Assembly (NCBI GenBank): GCA_035647835.1
Contig: DASRMS010000183.1
Span: 10,100-74,099 of the forward strand
DNA: 64,000 bases
Source: Oscillospiraceae bacterium
Lineage (GTDB): Bacteria; Bacillota; Dethiobacteria; Dethiobacterales; Dethiobacteraceae
Direction: 5' to 3'
Position numbers and translations under genes: made by a program. The notes beneath the pieces are model-generated. The model saw only the letters and a list, made by a program, of their open reading frames with translations, was not told the DNA's origin and did not search any database. Within the stretch, counting starts at the first letter, position 1, and each line of letters begins with the position of its first letter. Of the stretch, positions 19,468 to 29,094 are shown piece after piece.

Positions 19468-20493
19468 CTACCAATCTTTAAATTTTGACGATACTTGTTC
19501 TTCCATTTCGTATGTTTTTTCCCGGGATAAGAGGTCGACCACTGCTTGATGTGGATCTCTTTCGGCAAAGAGCACTTGATAAACTTGCTCTGTAATGGGC
19601 ACATCAACATGATATCGCTGGGCTAAATCCCAGGTGGCTCGAGTAGTACGGACGCCCTCTGCGACCATCCGCATCCCCCCAATAATCTCGTTCAGCTTAC
19701 GGCCTTTGCCTATTTCTACACCCAGACTACGGTTGCGGCTATGACGTGAAGTACAAGTAACAACTAAATCACCAATCCCCGACAACCCGGCGAAGGTTAA
19801 AACCTCTGCTCCCATCCGCATGCCCAAACGGGCGATTTCGTTAATCCCGCGGGTCATTAAAGCTGCCTTTGTGTTATCACCATAAGACAAGCCATCAGAG
19901 ATCCCTGCTGCCACGGCAATTACATTTTTTAGGGCGCCGCCTAATTCCACACCAATCAGATCTGGGTTGGTGTAGACACGCAGGCGATGTGTCATAAATA
20001 GTTCCTGCACCGTTTCGGCGATTCGCCGCTCGCGGGAAGAAACAACGGTGACAGACGGTACAAACCGTCCGACCTCTTCGGCATGATTTGGTCCGGACAA
20101 CACAGCTAGTTTACAAGCGGGCATTTCTTGTTCAATAACTTCAGACATGCGAAACAGTGTACCTTCTTCTAATCCTTTGGCACAACTAACCATGATCGGA
20201 GAGTTATTAATCAGCGGCGCAATCTGCTGCACAATGGAGCGTACAGTATGCGAGGGCACCACTAAGACAATGGCTTCCTTATTGTGCACAGCTGCGGCTA
20301 GGTCAGAAGTAAGCACAACATTGTCCGGCAGGATAACTCCCGGCAGGTAGTCTATATTCTCTCGGCTGGCATTGATTTGCTGGCAGAGTTCGGCCCGTCG
20401 TGTCCAGAGTGTAACCTGGTGACAATTTTGTGCTAGAACAATTGCAATTGCTGTGCCCCAGCTCCCCGCACCGATAACTGTTACTTCTTTCAT
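19468..20493 (-). CDS. gpsA: NAD(P)H-dependent glycerol-3-phosphate dehydrogenase
   Basis: N-terminal GAGSWGTA Rossmann motif. 341 aa with typical GpsA sequence. Confidence 0.95.
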   Translation of the reverse strand: MKEVTVIGAGSWGTAIAIVLAQNCHQVTLWTRRAELCQQINASRENIDYLPGVILPDNVVLTSDLAAAVHNKEAIVLVVPSHTVRSIVQQIAPLINNSPIMVSCAKGLEEGTLFRMSEVIEQEMPACKLAVLSGPNHAEEVGRFVPSVTVVSSRERRIAETVQELFMTHRLRVYTNPDLIGVELGGALKNVIAVAAGISDGLSYGDNTKAALMTRGINEIARLGMRMGAEVLTFAGLSGIGDLVVTCTSRHSRNRSLGVEIGKGRKLNEIIGGMRMVAEGVRTTRATWDLAQRYHVDVPITEQVYQVLFAERDPHQAVVDLLSREKTYEMEEQVSSKFKDW

Positions 20494-21104
20494 TTCTTCA
20501 CCTCATTCCCCATATTCGCTTTCTTGCCTAACTTACGTTCTGTTCCCCGCAGTAAGCGGGAAATATTCTCTCGATGACGCCAAATTGCCATCATGGCAAT
20601 TCCTGCCCCAAAGATAAGATACAGGGGCGGTAAGTGAAAATGAATCATTATAATTGGGATTGCCAACGCACCAGTAATGGAACCCAGTGAAACATAGCGC
20701 GTGAGAGCAATCAGTGATACGCCGATGCTGGCCGCAATCAGCAGAACTAAAGGAGCTACTCCCAGTAAAACACCAATAGAGGTGGCAATTCCCCGTCCAC
20801 CGCGGAACCTAAAAAAGAGCGGCCAATTATGTCCCACAATTGCTGTGACACCAGCGGCCATCTGTACAATTTCACTACCTGTGAGAGCTCGGGCTATCCA
20901 GACAACCAGCAATCCTTTACTAATATCTAAAAGTAAAACGATAATCGCTGGCATAGTACCTAAAGTTCTCTGGATGTTTGTGGTACCGGCATTACCACTG
21001 CCAAAGTTACGTATATCGATACCTTTAATTAGCTTCCCTGCCAAATAACCAAATGAGATGGAACCGATAAGGTAGGCTGCCAGAAACGCCATAATTGTCT
21101 TCAC
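20490..21104 (-). CDS. plsY: glycerol-3-phosphate acyltransferase PlsY
   Basis: 204-aa membrane protein with the SGNAGTTN and FRGGRGIAT motifs of PlsY. Confidence 0.9.
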   Translation of the reverse strand: MKTIMAFLAAYLIGSISFGYLAGKLIKGIDIRNFGSGNAGTTNIQRTLGTMPAIIVLLLDISKGLLVVWIARALTGSEIVQMAAGVTAIVGHNWPLFFRFRGGRGIATSIGVLLGVAPLVLLIAASIGVSLIALTRYVSLGSITGALAIPIIMIHFHLPPLYLIFGAGIAMMAIWRHRENISRLLRGTERKLGKKANMGNEVKK

Positions 21105-21119
21105 TTAACGTTCCCCCTT

Positions 21120-22430
21120 TTAACTCCTCTTCCGCACCAACAGCTTGATTGGTGTTCCCTCAAAGCCATATGTTTCCCGCAGTTTATTTTCCAGATAGCG
21201 CATGTAGGAGAAATGAGCTAATTCCGGATCATTAACAAACAACGCAAAAGTTGGCGGCTTGACTCGAATCTGCGTTAAATAGTACAGCTTTAATTGTTTG
21301 CCCTTTTTGGTCGGAGGCGGTGTCACGGCTACAGCATCTTCTAGTAACAGGTTGAGCTGAGAGGTTTTTACCCGCATGGCATGCTGCTCACCCACATAAT
21401 TAATTAATTCAAAAAGTCGGTGGACACGCTGACCAGTTAAAGCAGAAATAAAGACAATGGGCGCATAACTTAAATAAGCGAGCTGCTTACGCACTGTATC
21501 ACGATAAGCGTCCATCGTTTTTTCATCCTTTTCCACCTTATCCCACTTGTTGACGACAATAATCATCGCCCGGCCAGCTTCATGGGCAATGCCTGCAATT
21601 CGTTTGTCCTGTTCAGCGATACCTTCTGCGGCATCAAGCATCATTAATACCACATCGGCATCTTCCACGGCGCGTACAGAACGTAAAACAGAATAGTATT
21701 CTACTACTTCTTCAACTTTACTGCGCCGACGGATGCCCGCAGTATCAACAAATAGATATTTTTGGTTTTCGTGCTCGACTAACAAATCTACCGCATCACG
21801 TGTCGTGCCCGGAATATCACTGACAATAACACGTTCATTACCCGCAATTTTGTTAGTTAGTGAAGATTTGCCCACATTAGGGCGACCGACAATGGCCACA
21901 CGTAATAACTCTTCGTCTTCAGGAAACTTTTCCCCTGCCGGCAGAAATTTGATAACCTCATCTAATAAATCACCAGTTCCCAAACCATGCGAACCGGAGG
22001 CAAGCTGCGGTTCACCTAAACCCAGGGCATAAAATTCTGCGGCAACGGCTTCAGACTCACTAGCTTCTGCTTTATTTGCCACTAAGAGTACCGGTTTTTT
22101 GGCGCGACGCAGCATATCCGCCACCTCATAATCCAGTGCTACTGGACCACTGCGTACGTCTACCATCATGAGAATAACATGGGCTTCTTCCAAAGCCAAC
22201 CGGACTTGGCGATTTATTTCTTTAGAAATTGTATCCTCTTCAAAAGTCAGGCCCCCTGTATCGATCAGCCAAAATTCACGATCTGTCCATTCCACGCGTC
22301 CGTAGATACGGTCACGTGTGACTCCCGGAGTACTTTCCTCAATGGCCACCCGCTTCTGAATCAGGCGATTAAACATAGTTGATTTACCTACATTAGGGCG
22401 ACCTACTATTGCTACGACAGGCATAGACAT
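21120..22430 (-). CDS. der: ribosome biogenesis GTPase Der (EngA)
   Basis: Two tandem GTPase domains (GRPNVGKST and GRPNVGKSS) plus a KH-like C-terminus. Confidence 0.95.
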   Translation of the reverse strand: MSMPVVAIVGRPNVGKSTMFNRLIQKRVAIEESTPGVTRDRIYGRVEWTDREFWLIDTGGLTFEEDTISKEINRQVRLALEEAHVILMMVDVRSGPVALDYEVADMLRRAKKPVLLVANKAEASESEAVAAEFYALGLGEPQLASGSHGLGTGDLLDEVIKFLPAGEKFPEDEELLRVAIVGRPNVGKSSLTNKIAGNERVIVSDIPGTTRDAVDLLVEHENQKYLFVDTAGIRRRSKVEEVVEYYSVLRSVRAVEDADVVLMMLDAAEGIAEQDKRIAGIAHEAGRAMIIVVNKWDKVEKDEKTMDAYRDTVRKQLAYLSYAPIVFISALTGQRVHRLFELINYVGEQHAMRVKTSQLNLLLEDAVAVTPPPTKKGKQLKLYYLTQIRVKPPTFALFVNDPELAHFSYMRYLENKLRETYGFEGTPIKLLVRKRS

Positions 22431-22434
22431 GCCA

Positions 22435-23745
22435 TCACCTCATTTCGTTTCCCAACAACATTGTTAAAAAATCATGTACATCCTGAACCACTTTCACTTC
22501 TGTCTTTGCTGCAGCTGCCAGCTCTTCAGTAGTATACCCATCAAGAAACAGCTCTCTTCCTTCTTTGAACATCACAGACGGTAAATAAAGCCTTCCTTTT
22601 ACCTTATTAATAACTTTATTTAAATCATGAAAGGTTAATAACCCTGCGACAGTAACTTCGCCGCCAAAAAAGTGATTTTCCACTGCCAACAAAGTTAATT
22701 GTAAGTTTTCGATCTGATTTAAACGCTCCACAAGGGGGGCGAGGTAAACGGCAGCCGACACACCAGTGGCAATTGTCGCTTCCGTAGCGTGAGCTAATTT
22801 TGCAGGCAGGTTTTTTTCCTGATCTGCCCAGTCATCTAAAAATAAACGAACCATGCCCACACCATTTTCTAATTGTCGATAGCCTTCATAAGCTTCGGCC
22901 GCAGGGGGCATCATTCCGGCCATCGTATAAAATTCATCTGAGGCAAAAACAAAACGTGTTCCATGCGCCGCTAAACTGCGTTCCTGCCAAGCTTGAAGCT
23001 GGTCCAATACTTGGCGGGCATGGGCTTTGTCACTTGTTTCTAAAGGGTATAAACCTTGCCGGTGTCTAGTTAACCCAACCGGCACCACCGCCAAAGTTTG
23101 CACGGCAGGATATAAAGCATATAAGTCGGCGATTGTCTGCTCTAGAGCCTCACCATCGTTTAAACCAGGACAAAGTACTACTTGTGTGTGAAACTGAATA
23201 CCGGCCGCAGCCAGATGCTGTAAAGCTGCCAGCAGTTCCCCTGCCCGTCGGTGATTCATCAGCCGCTGCCGCAGTTCGGGATCAGTGGCATGAACCGATA
23301 CATACAAAGGACTCAAATGCAAACTGATAATGCGCTCAAAATCTTCCTTACGTAAATTAGTTAGTGATATGTAACTACCGGACAGAAAAGACAGACGATA
23401 ATCATCATCTTTAATATACAGAGTTTGCCGCATTCTTGCTGGCATCTGATCCACAAAGCAGAACAGACAGCGGTTCTGACAAATGTGCAGCTGATCTAGC
23501 GTTGGGGAGTCAAAAACAATACCCAGCGCTTCATCATAATCTTTCTCAATTTCATATTCTACTAGTTCTCCACCCTGATGCTGGATCGTTAATAATAATT
23601 CCTCGCCGCTTTCTGCCAGCTGCCAGTCTAAAATATCAGCTGGCTCTATACCATTTACGGCAATGACATAATCACCATCGGCTATACCTATTTCCTCAGC
23701 AATCGAGTCGGGTTCAACCCGCTCCACAAGCTTGCCCCGTGTCAT
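22435..23745 (-). CDS. DUF512 domain protein (PDZ plus radical-SAM-like Fe-S domain)
   Basis: CQNRCLFCFVDQ cysteine motif after an N-terminal PDZ-like region; this is the conserved position upstream of der. I prefer the ATG at 23745 over the GTG at 23751. Confidence 0.7.
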   Translation of the reverse strand: MTRGKLVERVEPDSIAEEIGIADGDYVIAVNGIEPADILDWQLAESGEELLLTIQHQGGELVEYEIEKDYDEALGIVFDSPTLDQLHICQNRCLFCFVDQMPARMRQTLYIKDDDYRLSFLSGSYISLTNLRKEDFERIISLHLSPLYVSVHATDPELRQRLMNHRRAGELLAALQHLAAAGIQFHTQVVLCPGLNDGEALEQTIADLYALYPAVQTLAVVPVGLTRHRQGLYPLETSDKAHARQVLDQLQAWQERSLAAHGTRFVFASDEFYTMAGMMPPAAEAYEGYRQLENGVGMVRLFLDDWADQEKNLPAKLAHATEATIATGVSAAVYLAPLVERLNQIENLQLTLLAVENHFFGGEVTVAGLLTFHDLNKVINKVKGRLYLPSVMFKEGRELFLDGYTTEELAAAAKTEVKVVQDVHDFLTMLLGNEMR

Positions 23746-23862
23746 GTGCACACCTACTTTTTCTATACTTTTACTATTATCCTACAACACAGGAGGCAAT
23801 GTCAAATAGAAAGAAAAAGTGGGAGGTAATAAGATCTTCAGCTTATTTTCAAAAAATAATTC

Positions 23863-23891
23863 TTTACAGATTATAAGTTTTGTGGTACTGT
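23863..23891 (+). promoter_or_regulatory. candidate sigma-A promoter for the T-box leader
   Basis: TTTACA, a 17-nt spacer, then TGG-TACTGT (extended -10 type). Confidence 0.3.
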
Positions 23892-23894
23892 TAC

Positions 23895-24181
23895 TTTTAA
23901 TACCATAAACAAAAGGCAGTGAAGGAGAAAAGTAAGGTAGATACGACCTCACAGGGAGGAGACGTCATCGATTGCAAGCGTCTCCAGGTACGATTTGTCT
24001 GAAGTTCCCTCCGGAGCCGCAGGTTGAAAACTATGTAATATGTAGACCGTGCCGGGAACCCCGTCCGTTACAAAAGGGGCAGATATCGGATTTATCCTGT
24101 ATTTGTCATAGAGTGACGCAGTGCGTAAGTTGGGTGGTACCGCGGATAATTATCCGTCCCTTTTAAGGGGACGGTTTTTTA
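23895..24181 (+). promoter_or_regulatory. T-box riboswitch leader of aroF-pheA
   Basis: The conserved T-box sequence GGGTGGTACCGCGG lies at 24132-24145. It is followed directly by the terminator ccgtccc-ttttaa-ggggacgg plus T6 (24154-24181). The 5' boundary is approximate. Confidence 0.75.
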
Positions 24182-24228
24182 TTTGCCTAAAAATGCTTAG
24201 CAGCAAATAATCTATGGAGGTGGATTGG

Positions 24229-25266
24229 ATGATCGTTGTGATGGATTTACAGGCAGCACAAAAGGAAATACAGGCAGTAGAAGATGTTTTACAGGAGTAT
24301 GGGTACGGCTGTCATCTCATACGCGGCGAAATGCGGGTAGTGATTGGTGCGGTAGGTTCTGCTCAGTCGGAAATACCGCCTGCTTTGGAGACGATGCCTG
24401 GTGTAGAGAAAGTGATGCGTGTGATACAACCATATAAACTGGTTAGCCGGGAGGTGAAACCGGATGATACCGTTGTTACGGCCGGCAGCTTACGTGTGGG
24501 CGGGGGTACCGTTGCGGTAATCGCTGGACCATGTGCTGTTGAGAGTCAGGGTCAGTTACGCGCCGCAGCAAATGGTGTTAAAATTCATCAGGCGGCTGCA
24601 CTGCGTGGTGGCGCCTTTAAGCCACGCACATCCCCTTACGCTTTTCAGGGGTTGTTGGCTAAAGGGTTAACCTACTTACGTGAAGCAGGTGAAGAAACCG
24701 GTTTAGCTGTGGTAACAGAAGTGGTGAACCCCGCGGATGTGGAAATGGTCGCCAATGCAGCTGATATCGTCCAGATTGGTGCCAGAAATATGCAGAACTA
24801 TCCCTTGCTAAAAGAAGTGGGGCAGCTGCGTAAGCCTGTATTACTAAAAAGAGGCCTTGCGGCTACTGTGGAAGAATGGCTGATGGCAGCAGAATATATT
24901 ATGTCCGAAGGAAATTATCAAGTAATTCTCTGTGAACGAGGGATCCGGACCTTTGAAACATCTACCCGCAATACATTGGATGTCAGTGCCATTGCATTGG
25001 CCAAACAGCTAACACATTTGCCAGTTATTGCTGACCCCAGCCATGCAGGAGGTCATTGGCGGCTGGTTAAACCCCTCGCACTGGCATCACTTGCAGCCGG
25101 CGCCGACGGTTTAATCGTCGAAGTTCATCCTGACCCGGCCCGCGCACTATGTGACGGGAAACAATCACTGACACTGGAACACTTTGCTGAACTCATGGCT
25201 GAAATTAAAGCATTCCTGCCTGTCTTGGGCAAAACTCTATGCTCCGGGGTGGGAAATGATGCTTAA
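24229..25266 (+). CDS. aroF: 3-deoxy-7-phosphoheptulonate (DAHP) synthase, type I-beta with N-terminal regulatory domain
   Basis: KDSA/AroF-type core (GPCAVES ... [12 protein letters not shown]). GGAGG precedes the ATG at 24229. Confidence 0.85.
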   Translation: MIVVMDLQAAQKEIQAVEDVLQEYGYGCHLIRGEMRVVIGAVGSAQSEIPPALETMPGVEKVMRVIQPYKLVSREVKPDDTVVTAGSLRVGGGTVAVIAGPCAVESQGQLRAAANGVKIHQAAALRGGAFKPRTSPYAFQGLLAKGLTYLREAGEETGLAVVTEVVNPADVEMVANAADIVQIGARNMQNYPLLKEVGQLRKPVLLKRGLAATVEEWLMAAEYIMSEGNYQVILCERGIRTFETSTRNTLDVSAIALAKQLTHLPVIADPSHAGGHWRLVKPLALASLAAGADGLIVEVHPDPARALCDGKQSLTLEHFAELMAEIKAFLPVLGKTLCSGVGNDA

Positions 25267-26095
25267 GGCTGCTTATTTAGGCCCGCGAGGGACTTTCTCA
25301 GAAGAAGCTTGCAGAGCATTTTGCCGTGTAACCGGACTAATACTTGCTCCCAGCCCCTGTGCTTCCATTACCGCCTGTGCAGTGAGTGTGGCAGAGGGAA
25401 ACGCCCGTTTTGCTATTGTACCTCTGGAAAATTCACTTGAAGGTTCAGTACGTGACACGCTGGATCTTTTAACAACAAGTTCTAGGTTAAAAATTTTAGC
25501 TGAACTTGATTTGGAGATCGAACATCATCTCCTCACCCACGCGGCAGCACTTACTGAAATTCAGACAGTCTATTCTCACCCACAAGCGTTAGCGCAATGC
25601 AGAGCATTTTTGCATCAACAGCTTGCTCATGCCCAAGTCATTCCTGTTGTCAGCACAGCTGAAGCAGCTTGTCTTGCTGCTGATCTTGGTTCTCAGGCTG
25701 CCGCCATCGCCGGGCAGCAGGCAGCGTCATGCTATAGCCTGCCTATTCTGTATGCCGCCGTTCAGGACACAACGTCAATAACACGCTTTATTATTCTCGG
25801 CCGGGAAGATGAAAATTTCGGCCAGCCTCAAAAAACTTCTCTGCTCTTTGCTGTAAACAATACACCAGGAGATTTGTATCGCGTCCTGCGAGCTTTTGCC
25901 AACCAGCAGGTAAATTTAACGCGCATTGAGTCCCGACCAGCAAGAAGTCGTTTAGGAGACTACATCTTTTTTGTTGATCTTGACGGTACACCGCAGGACA
26001 AAGCAGTAAAAGCTGCACTGGATGAAGCCAGCCAAGAAACAGTGATGTTAAAAATATTAGGCTCCTTTCCAGTACTTACGGTAAGCGATAAATAA
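25256..26095 (+). CDS. pheA: prephenate dehydratase
   Basis: [13 protein letters not shown]-terminus, TRF and ESRP motifs, and a C-terminal ACT domain. The start overlaps the aroF stop. Confidence 0.85.
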   Translation: MMLKAAYLGPRGTFSEEACRAFCRVTGLILAPSPCASITACAVSVAEGNARFAIVPLENSLEGSVRDTLDLLTTSSRLKILAELDLEIEHHLLTHAAALTEIQTVYSHPQALAQCRAFLHQQLAHAQVIPVVSTAEAACLAADLGSQAAAIAGQQAASCYSLPILYAAVQDTTSITRFIILGREDENFGQPQKTSLLFAVNNTPGDLYRVLRAFANQQVNLTRIESRPARSRLGDYIFFVDLDGTPQDKAVKAALDEASQETVMLKILGSFPVLTVSDK

Positions 26096-26100
26096 TGGCA

Positions 26101-26517
26101 CTACAGGTTTTGCTGATAATCGTGGTCCGTGTCCAGGTGCGGGATATATGGCTTGATATCTAGCACAGGACTGTTGTTTAGAGCATCCAGCCCTGTTACT
26201 TTGATGCTGTTTTCTTTTACAGAGATTATTTTGCATATACATAAAGCGATAGGATTAGGTCTGTTAGGGGATCTGAGAGCAAAGACCCCTTTTTCGCTTG
26301 TTCTTCCCGGCGGCACGGCGGTAAGTGTTTCTCTGTTTGCCCTATCACCCCAGTATAGTACGACTATGTGACTCCGTTCTTCGATCCCAGCCAAACCGGC
26401 AGCATATTCTGGCAAAATTTCAATTGTAGATACTTGCTGTGAATATTTCCCTTGTCGTGGGGCAGCTCCTTTATCTGTGTAAGAACTGTGTATAATTCCA
26501 ATTCTTTTTAATTCCAT
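26101..26517 (-). CDS. TsaA/TrmO (YaeB, UPF0066) family SAM-dependent methyltransferase-like protein
   Basis: 138 aa. Motifs APRQG, RSPNRPNPIAL and LDIKPYIP are typical of the family. Confidence 0.7.
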   Translation of the reverse strand: MELKRIGIIHSSYTDKGAAPRQGKYSQQVSTIEILPEYAAGLAGIEERSHIVVLYWGDRANRETLTAVPPGRTSEKGVFALRSPNRPNPIALCICKIISVKENSIKVTGLDALNNSPVLDIKPYIPHLDTDHDYQQNL

Positions 26518-26520
26518 AAT

Positions 26521-26672
26521 ATAAGCTCCTCTTCATGATCTGCTTCTCCAATCTACATTGCAAAGCACCTTCCCCGACTTGCGAGTGGCATACTGCTTTG
26601 AACTCACGGTTACAGTGGGGAGCGCTCAGGGTTTGCACCTGATTCCCTTTATACTCAGAAAAGTACCTGTAT
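26521..26672 (-). promoter_or_regulatory. decayed cobalamin-riboswitch-derived leader
   Basis: The minus strand reads AAAGGGAATCAGGTGCAAACCCTGAGCGCTCCCCACTGTAACCG...GCCACTCGC...GGGGAAGG, colinear with the two intact copies. The core is 2 nt shorter, and the B12 box AGCCAGGAAACCTGCC and the terminator are replaced by divergent sequence that runs into the RBS. Confidence 0.6.
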
Positions 26673-26810
26673 CCCTACATATTTAATACTGCATATAGGT
26701 TACCAAATAGTGCGATTCAATGCAAAATCTATTTTTTAGAGTACTAAACGTCTCGTTGCCGCCGTACTTAATGATTCTACCTCTGGTTGAGTAAATCTAT
26801 CACAAAGCGG

Positions 26811-26839
26811 TTGCTGATTTATCTTCCCTATGCAATACT
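26811..26839 (+). promoter_or_regulatory. candidate sigma-A promoter of HTH-membrane gene copy A
   Basis: TTGCTG, a 17-nt spacer, then TGC-AATACT. The same element is conserved at 43292-43320. Confidence 0.4.
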
Positions 26840-26865
26840 AAAGCAGGAAAGGGAGATGAATTACT

Positions 26866-28011
26866 ATGACAAATTACGCTAGCGGACGCTTAATTGCAGA
26901 ACTGCGCAAAGCAAAGAACATGACACAGAAAGAACTGGCGGCATATCTTAATGTATCTGATAAAGCAGTATCAAAATGGGAACGTGGCGAGAACTATCCT
27001 GAAGTCTCCATTTTGCCCCAACTGGCAAATAAACTCGAAATTACAGTGGATGAGCTTTTAAGTGGGAAAATTGCTCCGCAGACTGCAAGTTCAGCTGACC
27101 TTCCTGAGGCGGAGCAAGTTTATGCATATTCCTGCTTATTAGAAGATGCCCGCTTAAGATACAACAAACACACCTTAACAGCTTATGCCATATTAGCTAT
27201 TGGTATCCTAACCGGCTCCATCATCTTAAACAATATTCTCCCACAGGTTGCTGCGGTGGCCTTGGCTTTGACAGGAACGCTCTTTTATTATTTTGCCAAT
27301 ATCCAATATCAGAATGGCAGAGATAGATTTGTACAGTTTGCACCAGCAGCTGTTACTGCAGATGGGACATCTGTCACTCTGATAAAATACGGTAATACTT
27401 TTATCAGTACCACTGCTTTCCTATTACTCAGCATTGCTACCATAGCTGCACGCAGTCCTCATAACTTATTTATTCAGGACAACTATCTGTTGATTGATAA
27501 GATTATGCCGTTCCCTGCCCTTTTGCTGATTATTATCATCAATCTTACTATGTATGCATACTTTTTTAATGGCTATAGTAGGGATCGTTTGCAAAAGATC
27601 TCCAGAGGTGATTTTGTCAAAATACTAAGCAGCTTCTGCGTTTCATTAATCCTTGCCGCACTTGTGCTAAGCGTTCAGCTCCAAATGATTATCACTAAGG
27701 GAGCATATAATTCAGCTTTGGTCAATAATGTAACCTTACTGGCCTTAGTCTTCGCTGTATTAACCAACTTTTGCTTACTGTTCTTTAATAACCGCCGCAC
27801 CTTTAAAAAGTTCTTGCACATTTTTGTCGTATCTATGCTGCAAGCCGGTCTTCTCATCTGTGCAGCGAATCAATATGTCGTCTCCACAATGCATTATGAT
27901 ACCAATGTTCTTGGCCTCGTCTACACTGGCAATATCATCACAGTGGTGATGCTTGCTTTAACAATCTTCCACTTTGCCTTTATACAACTATCTCGAAAAA
28001 AATACGCTTAA
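26866..28011 (+). CDS. XRE-family HTH domain fused to an 8-TM membrane domain (paralog A)
   Basis: N-terminal HTH (MTQKELAAYLNVSDKAVSKWERGENYP), an acidic linker, then about 8 hydrophobic segments. 381 aa. Confidence 0.75.
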   Translation: MTNYASGRLIAELRKAKNMTQKELAAYLNVSDKAVSKWERGENYPEVSILPQLANKLEITVDELLSGKIAPQTASSADLPEAEQVYAYSCLLEDARLRYNKHTLTAYAILAIGILTGSIILNNILPQVAAVALALTGTLFYYFANIQYQNGRDRFVQFAPAAVTADGTSVTLIKYGNTFISTTAFLLLSIATIAARSPHNLFIQDNYLLIDKIMPFPALLLIIIINLTMYAYFFNGYSRDRLQKISRGDFVKILSSFCVSLILAALVLSVQLQMIITKGAYNSALVNNVTLLALVFAVLTNFCLLFFNNRRTFKKFLHIFVVSMLQAGLLICAANQYVVSTMHYDTNVLGLVYTGNIITVVMLALTIFHFAFIQLSRKKYA

Positions 28012-28061
28012 AGCTTTATTTTTGCTGCCGCCAGCGAGCTCTGCGCCAAGAAGAAGTTAGA

Positions 28062-28101
28062 AAGCCGCAGCCCCATAGATGGGCTGCGGCTTTGTCATTT
28101 T
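28062..28101 (+). terminator. intrinsic terminator
   Basis: 12-bp stem aagccgcagccc / gggctgcggctt followed by a T-rich tail. Confidence 0.7.
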
Positions 28102-28296
28102 TGCAGTTAAAATATGGCAGCTAAAGTGTGTTATTTGGATCTGAAAAATTATACCTACAGTCTTTCGCAGCTCCATCAGCGCCTATGATTGTCTTGTACG
28201 ATGCTGCTATGATATTAATATGTCCCTTGCCAAAAACGCTGCCCGCCATTCTAGAGTAGAAGACATAAGTTTTGATTTCTGATCAGCTCAATTCTT

Positions 28297-29094
28297 TTAG
28301 ATAATCTGTCTTTGCTTTCTGCTACTGCTTAAGGGCAGAAAAAATGGGCAATTATGTTCTCTGTCAGCAATTACTTTAGCCTCAATCTTAAAGACATCAC
28401 GTAACATTTGTTCAGATATAACATCTGCTGGGGCTCCGTCATGATAAATACCCCCGTCTTTAAGTACTGCAATTCTGTTGGAATAACGCGCGGCCTGATT
28501 TAAATCATGTAAGATCATGACAATCGTCAGAGATAAGCTTGAATTTAATTTTTTTACTAACTCTAGGATCTCAAATTGATAACAGATATCTAGAAAAGTA
28601 GTAGGTTCATCCAACAGCAAGATTTCTGGCTCTTGGGCTAGTGTCATTGCAAACCAAACCCGCTGCCGCTCTCCTCCAGACAAAGTTGAAACTCTGCGAT
28701 GCTGCAAATCCGTTATTCTCGTCTCTGCAATAGCCCAATCTACTACTTCCTGGTCTTCGCTCTTAAGGCGTGAGTTCCACCCGAGGTAAGGATAGCGACC
28801 ATAAGAAACTAAATCCCTTGTTGTAAAATCATCAGGCACTTGTGGCATTTGCGGCAGCATGGCAATCTTTCGGGCAACTGCTCGGGTATTTAAGCTAAAG
28901 AGTGATTGATTTTCTAAATAGATTGTGCCTGACGTAGGTTTTAGGTTTCTTGCTAATGCTTTTAAAATAGTAGATTTTCCAGAACCATTAATACCGATGA
29001 TCGTCATTAAATCCCCTTTGTTTATCACTAAACTTAGGTTATTAATAATTCGGTGATCATTGTAGGCTAAAGTAATGTTTTCAGCTCTTAACAT
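28297..29094 (-). CDS. iron-siderophore/cobalamin-type ABC transporter ATP-binding protein (BtuD/FecE-like)
   Basis: Walker A GINGSGKST, signature LSGGERQR, Walker B LLLDEPTT. It is the last gene of a B12-riboswitch-led unit. Confidence 0.85.
   Translation of the reverse strand: MLRAENITLAYNDHRIINNLSLVINKGDLMTIIGINGSGKSTILKALARNLKPTSGTIYLENQSLFSLNTRAVARKIAMLPQMPQVPDDFTTRDLVSYGRYPYLGWNSRLKSEDQEVVDWAIAETRITDLQHRRVSTLSGGERQRVWFAMTLAQEPEILLLDEPTTFLDICYQFEILELVKKLNSSLSLTIVMILHDLNQAARYSNRIAVLKDGGIYHDGAPADVISEQMLRDVFKIEAKVIADREHNCPFFLPLSSSRKQRQII

Larger units (their letters stand above)
26558..28096. repeat. segmental duplication, copy A (partner 43040-44580)
   Basis: Colinear with its partner by eye through the riboswitch 5' half, the divergent promoters, the 381-codon HTH-membrane gene and the terminator hairpin. 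Confidence 0.85.

Noticed and set aside
19251-19610. 119-aa minus-strand ORF between spoIVA and gpsA
   Set aside because: It overlaps the 3' end of gpsA and its terminator in another frame, and its composition is AT-rich junk-like. It is most likely not a gene.
23972-24166. 64-aa plus-strand ORF upstream of aroF
   Set aside because: It lies inside the T-box leader and runs through the T-box sequence. The structured RNA explains the region better.
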